From NCBI GenBank assembly GCA_964016885.1, contig OZ024740.1:287928001-287992000 (forward strand): 64,000 nucleotides of DNA, read 5' to 3'. Positions within the stretch are counted from its first letter, which is position 1. Each line of letters begins with the position of its first letter. The translations under genes and the position numbers were made by a program. Source of the DNA: Eledone cirrhosa. Its lineage: Eukaryota. This document shows positions 12,682-27,460 of the stretch, in pieces. Under the pieces are notes generated by a model. The model made no database searches. It saw nothing but the letters and a program-made list of their open reading frames with translations, and had not been told where the DNA came from.

Positions 12682-13990
12682 AAAACCCATAATACCAGGT
12701 ACCACATGTGAAACCCACCGCCTAAGCAACTTCCTAGATATTCTGCTTAAACCTTTCCTAAAACACATAAAAAGCTTCATAAGGGACGACCTTGACATGC
12801 TCAACCACCTCCCAACAACACTCAATAATGGACATACCCTACTAGTAACCTTTGATATCATCAATTTATATTCCAATATCCCACACAACCTAGGTATAGA
12901 GGCAATACAATTCTGGCTTGAAAATTTCCCTAGTGAACTTCCACAGCGCATCCCTAAAGAATTTGTGTTGGAGGGACTAAAATTCATCTTGGAAAACAAT
13001 TTCTTCGAATTCAATGCCAAATACTACAGACAGAAATCTGGGACTGCCATGGGCACGAAAGTGGCCCCCTCATACGCCAACCTTGTCATGGGATATTTGG
13101 AAACCCCTCTCTACCGCAAAGTTCTAGACAAATACGGCAACCACTTCTACCAACACATAGAAAAGAACTGGAAGAGATATCTGGACGACTGCTTCATCAT
13201 CTGGCATGAAAGTATAGATAGACTGTTTGAGTTTAAAACCCTTCTGAATGGACTCAACACAAACTTACAATTCACAATGGATTACAGCCAGGAACAACTC
13301 CCTTTCTTCGACATCCTCATCAAGAAAACAAACAACAAAATAGAAACAGACATATACTACAAACCAACAGACTCCAAACAATACCTTCCATTCAACTCGT
13401 GCCACTCTAGACACACCAAAATGGCAATTCCTTATAATCTAGCAAGAAGGATCTGCACAATAGTTTCAGATAAATACACATGCTACACACGATTAGAAGA
13501 ATTAAAAAAACACACTTATCAGAAGAAACAACCCACCATCCCTAATCAACAATGGATTCCAACGTGCCCTAAAACTCGACATCCAGGAACTCAGACACCC
13601 CAAACTCAGGAATGAACCGCAACACGAAAACTCTACCATACATCTCCACACGCAACCCCCTCAACAATTAGGCATTCGACACCATCCTCCAGTTAAACAC
13701 AATTTTACATGTGCATCTGAAAACCTAATCTATGTTTTGACCTGCTCAGGTTGTCAAGAGCAATACATAGGACAGACAGAAAACAACCTCCGACAACGTA
13801 TGACCGTCCATAAATCACAAATCAAAATACAGGAATACAGAAAGATTGCATTTAGTGAACATATCGCCAATTGTGCACCCAACCAGCATCCAAACTTAAA
13901 AATTTCCCCCATTTACAAATTCATAGACAACGCTACTTTCATATACCCATGTCTCTCTAAAGAGTTACCTCCCGTACACCCTACCTAATC
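12682..13990 (+). mobile_element. Penelope-like element remnant: RT and GIY-YIG endonuclease
   Basis: ORF 12797-13615: LVTFDIINLYSNIPH, YRQKSGTAMGTKVAPSYANLVMG, WKRYLDD, TDIYYKPTDSKQYL; 13737-13988: CSGCQEQYIGQTENNLRQRMTVH; frameshifts and a deletion between them. Confidence 0.92.
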
Positions 13991-14577
13991 CTTTTTCTTA
14001 AATAAATTAAATATCATCCAGCATGAATTACCTCCCCCTGCATATTAACTCTCTAAAAAGGGAAATCATATCAAACCCCAGTCCACCATTTGCCTCCATC
14101 ATCGATCAACTAAGCACTCTTGCTTTATTAACACATTTTGATCTGCTTATCTTCAAGAACTATGCCTGTAAATAACATTATTTTTTCTTTCACATTGTCT
14201 TATTATGCTCCACATTACGCCCCTTTTTTTCTTTTTTCTTTTTTTCTTTTCACTTCATAAACCTTGTTTGTAAATAACATTATTCTTTATGCACCATTTC
14301 TTTAACATGTCCAACACCACCATTTTACACCAATACATATTATTATCATTTGATAATGCATAACAATGCTGAAACTGGTAATAGACAATTATTAAATATA
14401 TAAATAAATAAATAAATACCATTTTTAATTAATAAATAAATCAACTAATACCTTAACATTTCACACAAAGTAAAATATTTGGTTTTAATCATTTTCTAAC
14501 CCAGAAAAAAGAGAGAAATAAATAAAAAGTGAAAAAAATTTTTTTTTTCTTCCTAATAATCGTCTTTTTCTCCCTGT

Positions 14578-14615
<38 letters not shown>

Positions 14616-14623
<8 letters not shown>

Positions 14624-14931
14624 CAGAATATTAATAAATGAAGACATTCACATAATCAAAATATGTTTTATTATATATATTTCGAAGGTACTGTGCTGTT
14701 TTTTCAGTACGTCCTCGTCAGATAAAATACATGAATTCATTGATGTATGACATACCTCAATGGTCTTGATGGTTCAATTCCAGTATTTGCAGCCTTCATT
14801 TATTAATATTCTGAATATTTATTAATATTCTGAATAATATTAATAACCCCAGAAAACTTCTTTGTAGAGTGCTTTTAATCTATTGTAAAACTATATTCAT
14901 TGAGTAATCAATGAACCATATTAATCTTTGG

Positions 14932-14932
<1 letters not shown>
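14616..14932 (+). mobile_element. Fold-back HHR mini-element (family A subfamily)
   Basis: Short inverted arms (tattcagaatattaataaatgaag / cttcatttattaatattctgaata), tail containing tagagtgctttt, TA-flanked. Confidence 0.7.
14665..14729 (-). ncRNA. Type I hammerhead ribozyme (family A)
   Basis: Minus strand: tattttat CTGACGA ggacgtactg..cagtaccttc GAAA tatata TA ataaaac. Confidence 0.72.
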
Positions 14933-14967
<35 letters not shown>

Positions 14968-15611
14968 AGGAAGTTATAGTTCACTTGAAGCATTGTGTAA
15001 TGAGGTATAAACGTTTGTATATGTATAATAAAGCAAAACAATGCAGGTATGGACATAGAATAAAGAATGCAAATGCGAAAGATATTGTTAGTCTTTTACC
15101 TTAGATTTATTTAAATGTCCTTAATTTTCGAGATAATATCTCTTCTTCGGAGGGAAGTAAAGCGGTTAAACCAGTGTTCTAAATAGCTTGCCAAGTCATG
15201 CTGACAGGAAATGGTATAGAGTATCTGTTCTATCTCTAATGTCAAAGAGTTAAGGTTAGGTGGATAAAGAGTAGTGTCCCTTTAAAAGTGTTTTTTTTTG
15301 TACATGCCTGTTTAAGTGTGTGGGAGAATGCGTGAACGTGTAAGTATGTGTGCGTGTGTGTGTGTGCGTGTGTGTGTGTGTATGTGTGTGTGTGTGTGTG
15401 CGTGTGTGTGTGTGTGTGCAAATGGTTTCACAGTTTTATGCTTTTCAAAAGTAGAATTGAGATGGAAGGTTTATATATACAAAATACTATGTGTTTCTCC
15501 AACGATATATATGACTCTTTCTCTCTATATAGACAAATATCTTTTAATTTGACCTTTTTTATTGAGAAACATAATCGTCATACATATATATGTTATGATA
15601 CCCTAACTTAG

Positions 15612-15761
<150 letters not shown>

Positions 15762-15821
15762 GTAAATATTCTATAGCGGTTGATCGCGAATAGATTGCTG
15801 TCGTTTATTTATCTACTATTT

Positions 15822-16488
<667 letters not shown>

Positions 16489-16609
16489 GGAAAAAATGAA
16501 ACGAAATTTCATTTCTCCCTCTTACGTATACATACTTATATATATATATTTATTAAAATAACAGATTATATATATATATATATCTATATCTATATCTATC
16601 TATCTATCT

Positions 16610-16650
<41 letters not shown>

Positions 16651-17752
16651 CATATCACTTCATTTCACTTTTCCCATGACCCTCCAAAATAGAGCAGTCT
16701 ACTACCTCCCACCATCCGTCCCTGTTGCGAGCCAGGACTTGAGTTGTTGCGAAGTCCTAACTGGTCCATTCTTTGATGTTATTCGTCTATGTCTTTTCTT
16801 CTGAACTAGATGGTCTCATTTTTCTTCTCTTTATAGTGGTTAGAAGGTCTTTGTAGTTGCCCATATGTTGTTTAATTGCTGCTTTAGTTTCTTATATGCT
16901 TATATGTTCCATGCTTTTTCAAATGTCAGTATTTTTCTCCGTAATTCTGCTGTGAATGTCTAAGACTTGTTAGTATACAATAAGAAGGAGAGTACTAGAG
17001 CAAATGAGAGTTTCAGTTTAGTTTTGACAGAGTAGTCTTAACCTTCCTAATACTGCTGATACTTGAGCAGCTTGAGAGAATTTCCTGATTTAACCTTTCT
17101 TCGCTGGTATTAGAAGTGGTCAATTTTCTCAAGCCCCTGGCCGTTAACAGTGATCTTGGGGTTCGATCCTCTCTTGGCTGTTTGTTATTACTTGTATTCT
17201 CAGCGTTGATTTCCATTCCGTATATGACAGCAGAGGTCTTGAACTCAAGGACTCAAAAAGGCCATTACGTCCTGGGGAAGAGAGTCAGTGGGCCAAAAGT
17301 GAGATGGGGAGAAGGGGCGTGATTTCCTTCAGTTATAATAATAATTTGTAATACAGCTGACAAGCTGCTAATTATTTTCTTTTCATCAAAATGAGTACAA
17401 ATATGATAGTAAGTAGGATATGGGAATTAGTACAAAATATAAGGGAACACATTTTCCGTTTCAAATTTTCCTTAATTCCATTTTTGCTTTTGGTAAATTA
17501 CCTCTTTTTCATTTTCACTTTTGATAAAGTCCATTTTCTATTCCAGCCGTAAATTGCAATAAATTATACCATTAAAACGACGAAAAAAAAAAAAAAAAAT
17601 CAAAACAAAATCCAGAGTTTAATTCTGCTGCTGCTGCTGCAAGAGTATGGGAGGGGTGAGGGAGAAATTACCAAGTTTTAGGAAAATATTAGTTTCAAAA
17701 ATTTTTCTACCGCGGGCCATAGAAAAGTAGTTTGCGGACCACTGGTCTAGAC

Positions 17753-20080
17753 CACAGGTTCTCAACCCATTTAGGCCAAACACCCCCTTTTGTCCCTTGA
17801 AATCGCGAAACGCCCCCTACCCTATTTTTCCATTTTTCAATATACTACTGATTTTGATATCTGTAGATTACTAAAAGATTGATTAACAGTATTCCATAGA
17901 TACCATTGCAGGCAGCTGAGAGTATAAATACATTCCTTGAAAGGAAATATATAAATTTCAAAAAAAAGGAACATAAATGTTCTTTTTTATGAATAAAGGA
18001 CCAGTTGAATTTGTTATATTCCCACCAGGCGATACCAGCTATTTGGAACATTTATACAAGAACAACTCTGTCTATCCCAAGAGTGCTCTTATCTGGAAGA
18101 AAGTGGCAGTTATATCATTTCAAAGCTTTCCAATTTTCCCTTTAATGAATCGGACAGAATAAATGTTGATATCTAACTTGATGTCCCCTCTGCTTTGTGA
18201 GCTTAGAGACCACGGAAGAGAGTTTTCATGACCACGATGGAGGGTATATTTATTAATAAATGGTAAAATATATACAACAAATGAGTAATTGAATTGTAGT
18301 AGATGGTTTCCAGTCCAGTCAGACTGCAACTACAAATAAAAAAAATGTTAGTTTGCTTTGTAACAATAGCATATCCAAGTTTTCGGATAAATCAACTTAC
18401 TTTAACTTTGACTCATTTCAATGGGACCCTTGAGCTTCATGGAGTCTAGCTAACGCTTTGACGTGAGGCTCAATTTTCCTAAGATGTAGCCAGAGATCTC
18501 CACGTGTAATTACATTGTAGCGGTTACAAGCCTTACTGTGCAGTCTGGAAACGGCACCAAACCTCTTCTCGACTAAGTATGAGCTTAGAAAAGGCAGAGC
18601 AAATCTCTTAGCCTCTGCATGTAGGTGTGGAAATCAACGCTGAATTTCCTCTTGCATTCCAAAAAGGGGTTCACCTATTTTGGAAAATCTAATTTTGATC
18701 ATGTCATCTGCTTGAAGTTCAATGAATTCTTCCTGAAATTTAACGTCCAAATCGTCGACGTTTGCTATGAAAGGATCTGCTATCCACATTGGGATGTCCA
18801 TCGGCAAAAGGTCGACAAACCGTTCTCTCATGTTGTCGTGTAGCGCACGGAGGTGAGTGGTATAAATTTGGAGTTGGTCATAGCTTACAATGTTTTGAAC
18901 ATTGGCGACACTAGGAAAATTATAGAATTCCCGTCAACAAAGATTCCTTTCGATGACATTCAATTTGGTCAGGAATGTTTTCACAGCATTCCTTGCTTTA
19001 AGCAAGGCGATCTTCTTCCCCTGCAAAGCCAAAATGACGCTATTGCATTTGTCGAAGATGTTGGTGAGGTAGGCGCAGTTTTTGCCTCACATCGAGGTTT
19101 TTCTTGTACAGTTCTGTGTTGCGTCTTCGCAGAAACTCAATGATAGAGTCGAAGAGTTCAAAGAAGTGAGTAAAGCACTTGCCCTTTGAAAGCCACCTCA
19201 CTTCAGTATGAAGGAGCAGCATGACGAATTCTTCGTCATTAGCTTGGCACAATTGCCGGAAAATTCGTTCATTGAGGGAATGGCGTTTGATAAAATTGAT
19301 GATATCAATGGCCACCTGCAAGGACTTGCTCAGAGGCTTGTTGAGTTTCTTCGCAGCCAAGTGTTGTCGATGAATAACACATTGAACAGCAAATGCAGAT
19401 AGATTTTCTCTCTTCAGGAGAGTGACGAAGCCCTTATGTTGGTCGACCATTGCTCTTGCGTTGTCCGTAGCACATGATACAATGTGTTGTATGTGGTCCT
19501 AGATGTATGTATTACCTCCTTATGTGTTGCATGTGGTCCTAGATGTGTGTATTACCTGCTTATGTGTTGTATGTGGTCCTAGATGTGTGTGCCACCCGCT
19601 TCTGTTTTTTCTTTTCTTTTTTTATTTATTTGTAATATTATTTATCCAATAGGGAATAAAATAGATCTACATAGTGTTAACTCGTTACGGTTGAGTCAAT
19701 AATTTCAGACATGAAATACATTGTTATCGGTGAAGCAAAGATAAGATTCTAACTGGCTGCGCTCAAAGTGTCCTTGACCCAGTTGACTGTGGGATTTTCC
19801 ATTTTTAAGATCTCAATTACCAGTTAATGTCTCAATTATCGGACACACCTGCTCACAGCTGCGGTCAGACTATAGTTATGCTGTCTGCAAGCTCATTCAA
19901 ATGCATTCACACTGGCTGTCTCAAAGACATACAAATATGGCTTATAAAACTTACCAAAGTAAAAAGCGTCCCAGCGCCCCCTTATCCCCCCCACCTCCAG
20001 CTTCAAACGCCACCCCCCCGGAGTTCCGAAACGCCCCCCCCCCCCCCGGGGGTGCATATGCTCTCCGTTGAGAACCTTTG
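17753..20080 (-). mobile_element. hAT (Buster/Charlie-like) DNA transposon, decayed
   Basis: TIRs cacaggttctcaac / gttgagaacctttg; 8-bp TSD GTCTAGAC (17745-17752 / 20081-20088); transposase fragments CVIHRQHLAAK, LLLHTEVRWLSKG, IPMWIADPF..QEEFIELQ. Confidence 0.92.
19482..19590. repeat. 40-bp tandem repeat (~2.7 copies) inside the hAT element
   Basis: atgtgttgtatgtggtcctagatgt.tgtattacct.ctt repeated. Confidence 0.85.
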
Positions 20081-21353
20081 GTCTAGACCGTTTACTAAAA
20101 TAGCGAGTTCTCTTTTGATCCCTGCTAGCTCATCGATATCATCAAATTTGAGATTGCTAATGTCGCGTCTGTAACGGAATTATCCTATGTTTTACATGGC
20201 GAAGATTAGAAACCGAATCTGAGGGTTCTCGCCTCTAAAACCACCTATTGTTGGGAGTGTTCCACCATTGTCCTGTCAAGAGACAACGATAACGATGATA
20301 AACGTATATACCGCTTGACTCGTGACCTCAGGTTCTTGACAGATGAAACACATGGCTACTCATAAATCAACCCATACACACATCCTTCTAGCTATAGGGT
20401 TATTATAAATACAAGTACTTAGGGAATCCACCAGAGACCACGAAGCATCAGTCTCGAAGGTTAACGATGTAGCAGACCTTTTACTCTTTCTCTCTCCTGG
20501 CCTCAGGCTCTCACATTTAATAACAGCTCGGCAATTTGACCAACTACAGGATAGACACACGCACACACGCTGTAGGTTTACTTATATTTTTTCCTACTCT
20601 TTCGGCTTCCTGTTATTTCACTTCTATTATATCGTTGTATTGATACAAGCATACACGCTAGCTCGAAGTAACTAGTCAGAAAATAATGTAGTGATAATTA
20701 ATGTCGCAGTTTTATTACTCGATATTCGATGAACCAACAAGTGAATATTGTTATTGTAAAATAAACATTGTCAACATCACAATTCTGGCATTATTCTTTT
20801 TATCATTCATCCTGGAAAGAATACACTACACATCCTCCAATACAGACGATGCTAATGTGTCCTTCAAATGCCTCAGTGTTCCAGGAATATATTGAAGAGT
20901 GTTTGTGGCGAGACATCCTTGCCGAACGCCGGCCGCTGTATAGAATCATTCTCCTATTTTGCACTGATCGAGAACTGTGCGAGTTGCTTTCTCAATGTGT
21001 AACCCCCTTCTGTCTCGCATTTCCTGGTTTGTTTCCGTCTGACTTTGTTCGGTGCACAAACATGTCAGGTGCACCGGTCGAGTTTCTGGAGTTTTCAGAG
21101 ATTGGCTAGCGTTCTAACATTCCATGTTGCATGTGTGACATAATCTCACCCTCAAATTTTACGTTTCAATATTTTACCAGTGGTGTATTCAACACCTCTG
21201 CTATGGTAATTGAGGTAAGGTGCGATCCTTGTTGATCCTGACCCTGGCGACGACCGAGCTGGTATATAGTTCGATAATGTGTTGATCACTATGCAGTGTA
21301 TCTTGGGCAAATATCATTAATCTCCGGGTTATATATATATATATATATATATA

Positions 21354-21821
21354 TAGTTGCCCCCGGCATTCGCGGGGTTTACGTGCCTAAATCACCCGCG
21401 AAGAGTGAAAAACCGTGAATATTGGACGTGATCCATAAAAATGCCTATAAACGTCAAAACATAGCGTAAAATATAGGCCGCCAAATACGGTATATTGTTA
21501 TTAATTTAGCGTTAAAAGGCGTGAAAAAATATATATTGCCACGAATATGCGGTGGTTTTCCACGAACAATTATTAGTTAGGTTCAAGGGCGGTGGATTGG
21601 CAGTATCGGTGGAAGGTCGGACGCCATGTTTTCCAGCATAGTTACGTCCCTTTACGATCTGAGTTCAAATCCCGCCGAGGTTGACTTTGCCTTTCATCCT
21701 TACGGGGTCGATAAAATAAAGTACCAGTAATGCACTGGGTAATTGCTGGCCTTGTGCCTAAAGTAGAAACAATTATTAGTTAGGTTCTAAGGAAAATTCC
21801 GCGAATGCTGGGGGTATGCTG
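21354..21821. mobile_element. pogo/Tigger-like MITE containing a SINE insertion
   Basis: Termini tagttgcccccggcattcgcgg / ccgcgaatgctgggggtatgctg; homologous to 31700-32142. Confidence 0.75.
21588..21775 (+). mobile_element. tRNA-derived SINE, full length
   Basis: A and B boxes; flanking duplication aacaattattagttaggttc, present once at the equivalent site of the sister MITE near 32073. Confidence 0.9.
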
Positions 21822-22042
21822 AAAATATGTATATACACAACCACGCATATATATATTTATATGTACTCGATAGAGTGCGTAGTTCAGAGAGCAGGAAGTC
21901 GCTCTGTCACTATGGACCTGTAGTTAGAATGTCAAAGGAAATAATAGCTGGACAGATTTTACGGGCAGAGTCAATCGCCAGGAAACCTAGAGGCAGACCA
22001 CATGTAGGTGGTTGGATGACATCTATAAGATATGTGTGTGTT

Positions 22043-22116
<74 letters not shown>

Positions 22117-22121
<5 letters not shown>

Positions 22122-23394
22122 GTTGGACAAAATAATGGAAACACCTTAAAATTTCAAACAAATTTATTTTAATATGGGGTTAGACCGCCTTTGGCAGTAA
22201 TTACAGCTTGAATTCTACGAGGTATGGACTCGTACAAAGTTTGAATTGTTTCCAATGGAATTTTTGTCCATTCTTCAGTTAAAACAGTCTTCAGTTCTTG
22301 TAGTGATGATGGTGGAGGATATCGACTCCTTACTTGTTTTTTCTAAAATGCACCATAAATGTTCAATAATATTAAGATCTGGGGACTGTGGTGGCCAGAT
22401 AAGATGTTCAACTTCACTAGAATGTTCCTCGTGCCATTCAGTAACAACTTTACTGAATTGGTGAATTGGTGCGTTATCTTCCTGAAAGATTGCGTTTCCC
22501 CCCGGAAACAGTTCCGCAAACATAGGATGAATTTGATCAGATAAAATGCTTAAATAGTCTTGACTATTAATTCTGCCATGAAGGGAAACAATTGGGCCGG
22601 CGGATTTCCAAGATATAGCCTCCAGATCATCACAGATCCCCCTCCATGTTTAACAGTTGGAAGAAGGCAGTCTGGGTCAAATGCTTCTTTTGGCTGTCTC
22701 CACACATATACTCGGCCGGTGGTCAGAAATAAGGTAAAGGATGACTCGTCCGAGAAAATAACATTCTTCCACTGCTCTAGGGACCAATTCTGTAGGTTTT
22801 TACTCCACTCTAAACGCTTTGCAACGTTTGTTTTTGAAAGTAGTGGTTTTCTGATTGCAGCCCTCCCGTGAAATCCGACTTTGTGCAACTCCCGGCGAAC
22901 AGTTTTTGTGGAAACTGGGTTCTCGGGTGGTCATTAAGCTCTGCTGTAATTTTGGGAGCTGTACTTTTGTGATCCTTTCTAACAATTCGCGTAAGAATCC
23001 GACGGTCTCTATCTGAAAGTTTTGGTTTTCTTCCGGAGTTTTGTTTCGACAAGGAGGTTTTTTCCCTCTTTCTCAAAGTCTGTCATTACTTTCGAGACAG
23101 TACTTCTTGATACACCAAACATTTCGGGTGTTTTCGTTACGCTAGCGCCTGCCATACGAGCACCAACAATTTGACCTCTTTGAAAGTCCGATAGATCTGT
23201 CATTTTAATGAATTTTAATTACCTATTTCTGGTGATATCTGAAAAGAAACAGCAATTTTAACGAAACATATTAAGCAACACTAATAATAAATAAAAAAAA
23301 ACATAAAAATAAACAAGCTTTTGACGGTTTTATAGATATTTCAAAATTATGATGTTATGATGCTAGGTGTTTCCATTATTTTGTCCAACCCCTG
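22117..23394 (-). mobile_element. Tc1 transposon, near full length, frameshifted transposase (~22200-23203)
   Basis: TIRs aggggttggacaaaataatggaaacacct / aggtgtttccattattttgtccaacccctg in a TA tract; MTDLSDFQRGQIVGAR, VIFSDES, TVKHGGGSVMIW, FQEDNAPIH, WPPQSPDLNIIE (DD34E type). Confidence 0.95.
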
Positions 23395-23472
23395 TATAGA
23401 ATATATATATATATATATATATATATTTTCAACACAGTTGAAAATTGCAAACTCGACTGTCACCACATATCA

Positions 23473-23511
23473 TGAACCTGAAGATTGCGAAAGCATGAAA
23501 GTACTTGTTCA
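23473..23511 (+). ncRNA. Minimal type I hammerhead ribozyme
   Basis: tgaac CTGAAGA ttgc-gaaa-gcat GAAA gtac TT gttca; palindromic loop III GTAC. Confidence 0.7.
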
Positions 23512-23861
23512 ATTAACACTTAGAATTTAATATTCTATCATACTATTTCATTATAATACCATATTATATATATTTTAAAGGATTGTAAATAAAACGAGTA
23601 AATCAGACAAAGTTGGAATTCCTCTTATTAATATAATCTTCTATACACAATCATACACACCCGTGTATATTTACCTATCTATATCTATATATATATATAT
23701 ATATAGGTTGTACAAGTTGATCATTAATGATCAACGAATCACACGTACCTAGTATGGCGCCGTTGTAGTAACTGACCTGAATAATTATATTCAAACTCGC
23801 CCTATGGACTTGAGTTGCTCTACACCTTAGACTATTACTTACCAATTACTATTACTACTAC

Positions 23862-23909
<48 letters not shown>

Positions 23910-23934
23910 AAAGGAGACTCCTGTCTATTCCGAC

Positions 23935-24225
23935 AACGACTTCTCCAGTTGATTCAATGGATTTGTTTGCTTGTGAAATTAACGTGTAATTGGCTGAGCA
24001 TTCCACAGATACGTGCAGCCATAACCTAGTCCCCAGGGAGATTCAGTATGACAAAGCGTGTGACAAGATTGGCCTATTGAATAACAAGTACAACTTATGT
24101 AAACCACTTAAGGGGATTGGAGAAACGAGAAATAAAGCTTCCTGCTAAAGGACACAACACACCGCCGAGCCGGGAATCGAAATCAAAACGTTAGGATCGG
24201 GAGCCGAACATACCATAACTACACA
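23935..24225 (-). mobile_element. Probable second tRNA-derived SINE family
   Basis: Minus-strand B-box-like gatttcgattcccggc near 24170-24185; similar head near 38470-38530. Confidence 0.5.
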
Positions 24226-24553
24226 CACACACACACACATACATACATATACACATACATACATGGTGGCTGCCAACTCGTTTTCGAGTACGGCCACTAC
24301 TTTATATCCATGTAGGAGAACCTCTACCGATGCGCTGAACGAGTGTGACTTTTCAGTCCAGCCAGCGACTCGAAAACTCTGGTACAAACACTACACTTGT
24401 GACAATTATTGACACATAGTGCTGGGCCCATGGTACCATGTGACGACAAGTGCAGAGAGATCTCCAGATATAAAGCAATGCCTGTGCCGTGAAGCTTTTA
24501 TTAGTGAGCAAAGGCACTGCACAAATACATACATACATACATACATACATACA

Positions 24554-24585
<32 letters not shown>

Positions 24586-24613
24586 CACATACATACATAC
24601 ACACATACATACA

Positions 24614-24645
<32 letters not shown>

Positions 24646-24693
24646 CACATACATACATACATACACACATACATACATACATACATACATACA

Positions 24694-24808
<115 letters not shown>

Positions 24809-25484
24809 TAAGAGGTGTGACCAAATTTCTCTAATGTATTTGCCATCTACCGCCCTTTTGCCCTGTATAGAATGTATATCAGAACAGCATTCTGACATTA
24901 GACTTAGATTGGTAAACAGGGCAATAACTATGCATTTAAAAATGTTTTCTTGCCATTGGAATTTACATATTTCTGATACCCCACTGCCTTTCCAAAATAA
25001 TAATAACATAATTTGAGCTGATCGCCAGATCGGGCCAGGAAAACAATGTACCCCCCCCCCTCCCGACACTCACACACTTTGTGCAACTTGTCTTTATAAT
25101 GTCCTTCTCATTCGACGCCATTGCGACAAACCAAAGAAACCACCATAACCACCACCACCACGGTTCGTTGTAACTTATTCTATTTTCTCCTCGGTTACTC
25201 ACTTGCATGTGCCATTGTATTGTGTCCCCCCCTCCATTCGGTTTGTTTACTTCGTTTTTTCCTCTTTCCTTTTTTCTCTTTCTTCCTCTCTCTTCACTAT
25301 TTTTTCTTTTCTTTCCCTCATGGCCTTTTGATCGATAAAAGGACTTGGGTGCGCTGCTGATCGATTTCGATGTCCTGTTTTAAGCGCCGAAACATCTATG
25401 ATCGCTGTTAACAGCTGATGAAGGGTTTCTTCTCTTGTTTACGTCCATATTACTATCTTACACTATATATATATATATATATAT

Positions 25485-25542
<58 letters not shown>

Positions 25543-25543
25543 G

Positions 25544-25579
<36 letters not shown>

Positions 25580-25581
<2 letters not shown>

Positions 25582-26060
25582 TTGAAGTTTGGACACAAAT
25601 ACGTTTTGGAACTTTTACCCCTGCTGCCCTCAATGTTCTTCTGATCTGCACCTTCATGTAACCACGAACAGATTTGTGGTCTGCACCACACATTACTCTT
25701 ACAGAGGTCTCTCTTCTTGGTGATGATATAATCCGATATATGTCAATGTTTGCATCTCGGGTGTATCCATGTTGCCTTGTGAATATCCTTTTGCTGAAAA
25801 AACTAGTATTGCACACAACTAACTCAAAGTCAGTGCATAATTGTGGCACCCATCTTGCCCATGTCGTGACATCCCAAACACCTTTCCCAAACGAACATTA
25901 AAATCTCCAAGAAGAAAGATCTTGTCCGAATGTGGAATCGATGTCATGATTGGTTTCTGGCTGCTATCCTTACTACAATTTATAAAGAGCTCTGAATTTG
26001 TTCCTTGAGCTTATTTGATAGTAGGAGATCATTGAGAGTTTTAAACTCGACCTTTTGATT
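25580..26060 (-). mobile_element. LINE APE-endonuclease fragment, decayed
   Basis: ELVVCNTSFF...IDIY..TSVRVMCGADH resembles the APE C-terminal NT.F, ID and SDH motifs. Confidence 0.55.
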
Positions 26061-26304
26061 TGATATATATATATATATATATATAACTATTTCAATCATA
26101 TCTTATTTTGTTTGACCCGTTTAGCTTGTTCGCTTTTTTGGCTAAGGTGGTTAGTGGCTTCTTAACCATCGTCTCACTTTGTATGACCATTTTAACTTAT
26201 GTTTATAGCTCTGGTATCTTCTTCATACCCATGGAGCGCTTGTCTGCACAATACAGAAGTTGCGTTTCGCCAATTTCTACCCGCCGAAATGCGATTCTCG
26301 CTAA

Positions 26305-26662
<358 letters not shown>

Positions 26663-26807
26663 AAAAGGACGATTTGTTACGTCTATTGAGTAGTGACGCA
26701 CGTTTCACTATTGATCAGTTCAAGGCTCGATCTGTATTGATCTAGCCCGATTCTGGAATCAAAAGCTCGTTTGACCTCTGTTGTGGTAATGACAAAATTA
26801 ACCTCTT

Positions 26808-26851
<44 letters not shown>

Positions 26852-27460
26852 ATGTATAACAAAGAGGGTGTGGTAAGATAGCAGGTGGACCATAACGCAC
26901 TAGAGTACTCAATACTTAGGGTAGTAGAGTGGGTAATAGGAAAAGAGTCAGTGCGGATCTAGCTGTCGAAACGGCCGGAGCTCAGCCGTCGGGATCCTGA
27001 CTCTTTTCCTATATATATGTATATATATATATATATATGATGGCTGCCATTGCACTATATACCACTTTTAATAATTATTAACTAATTCTATCATGCAATG
27101 GCTGTGCGTGAAGATTCTTTTTTAAAGTGAGGAAAGACTGTGCACTGAGCCAACCCCACTCTCTGGGCGACAGTAGCTATAACCCGAAAAGAAGAAAAGA
27201 TCAACATCATCGGTAACTAATGAGCCGCAGGCTTTATATTGGAGTCATCCCAGTTTCCTGAGTTGCTTTCTCCTAGAAGAATGCCCTGACAAAGGCTAGG
27301 GGTCCTTCACTCCCAGTGGTTTAATCGCGCGATCGGGTATCTAGCCCGATTATTTCTATGTCCCCGCGCATACATACATACATACATACATACATACATA
27401 CATACATACATGTATGTATGTATGTATGTATGTATGTATGTATGTATGTATGTATGTATG

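Noticed and set aside
20169-21140. Solo LTR or gag remnant
   Set aside because: TGT start only; no matching TSD, primer-binding site or recognisable motif
24263-24380. HDV-like ribozyme
   Set aside because: P1- and P2-like pairings exist but there is no P3/L3 segment between them
25385-25445. Type II hammerhead arrangement (gaaa...ctgttaacag ctgatga)
   Set aside because: Stems II and III do not pair properly
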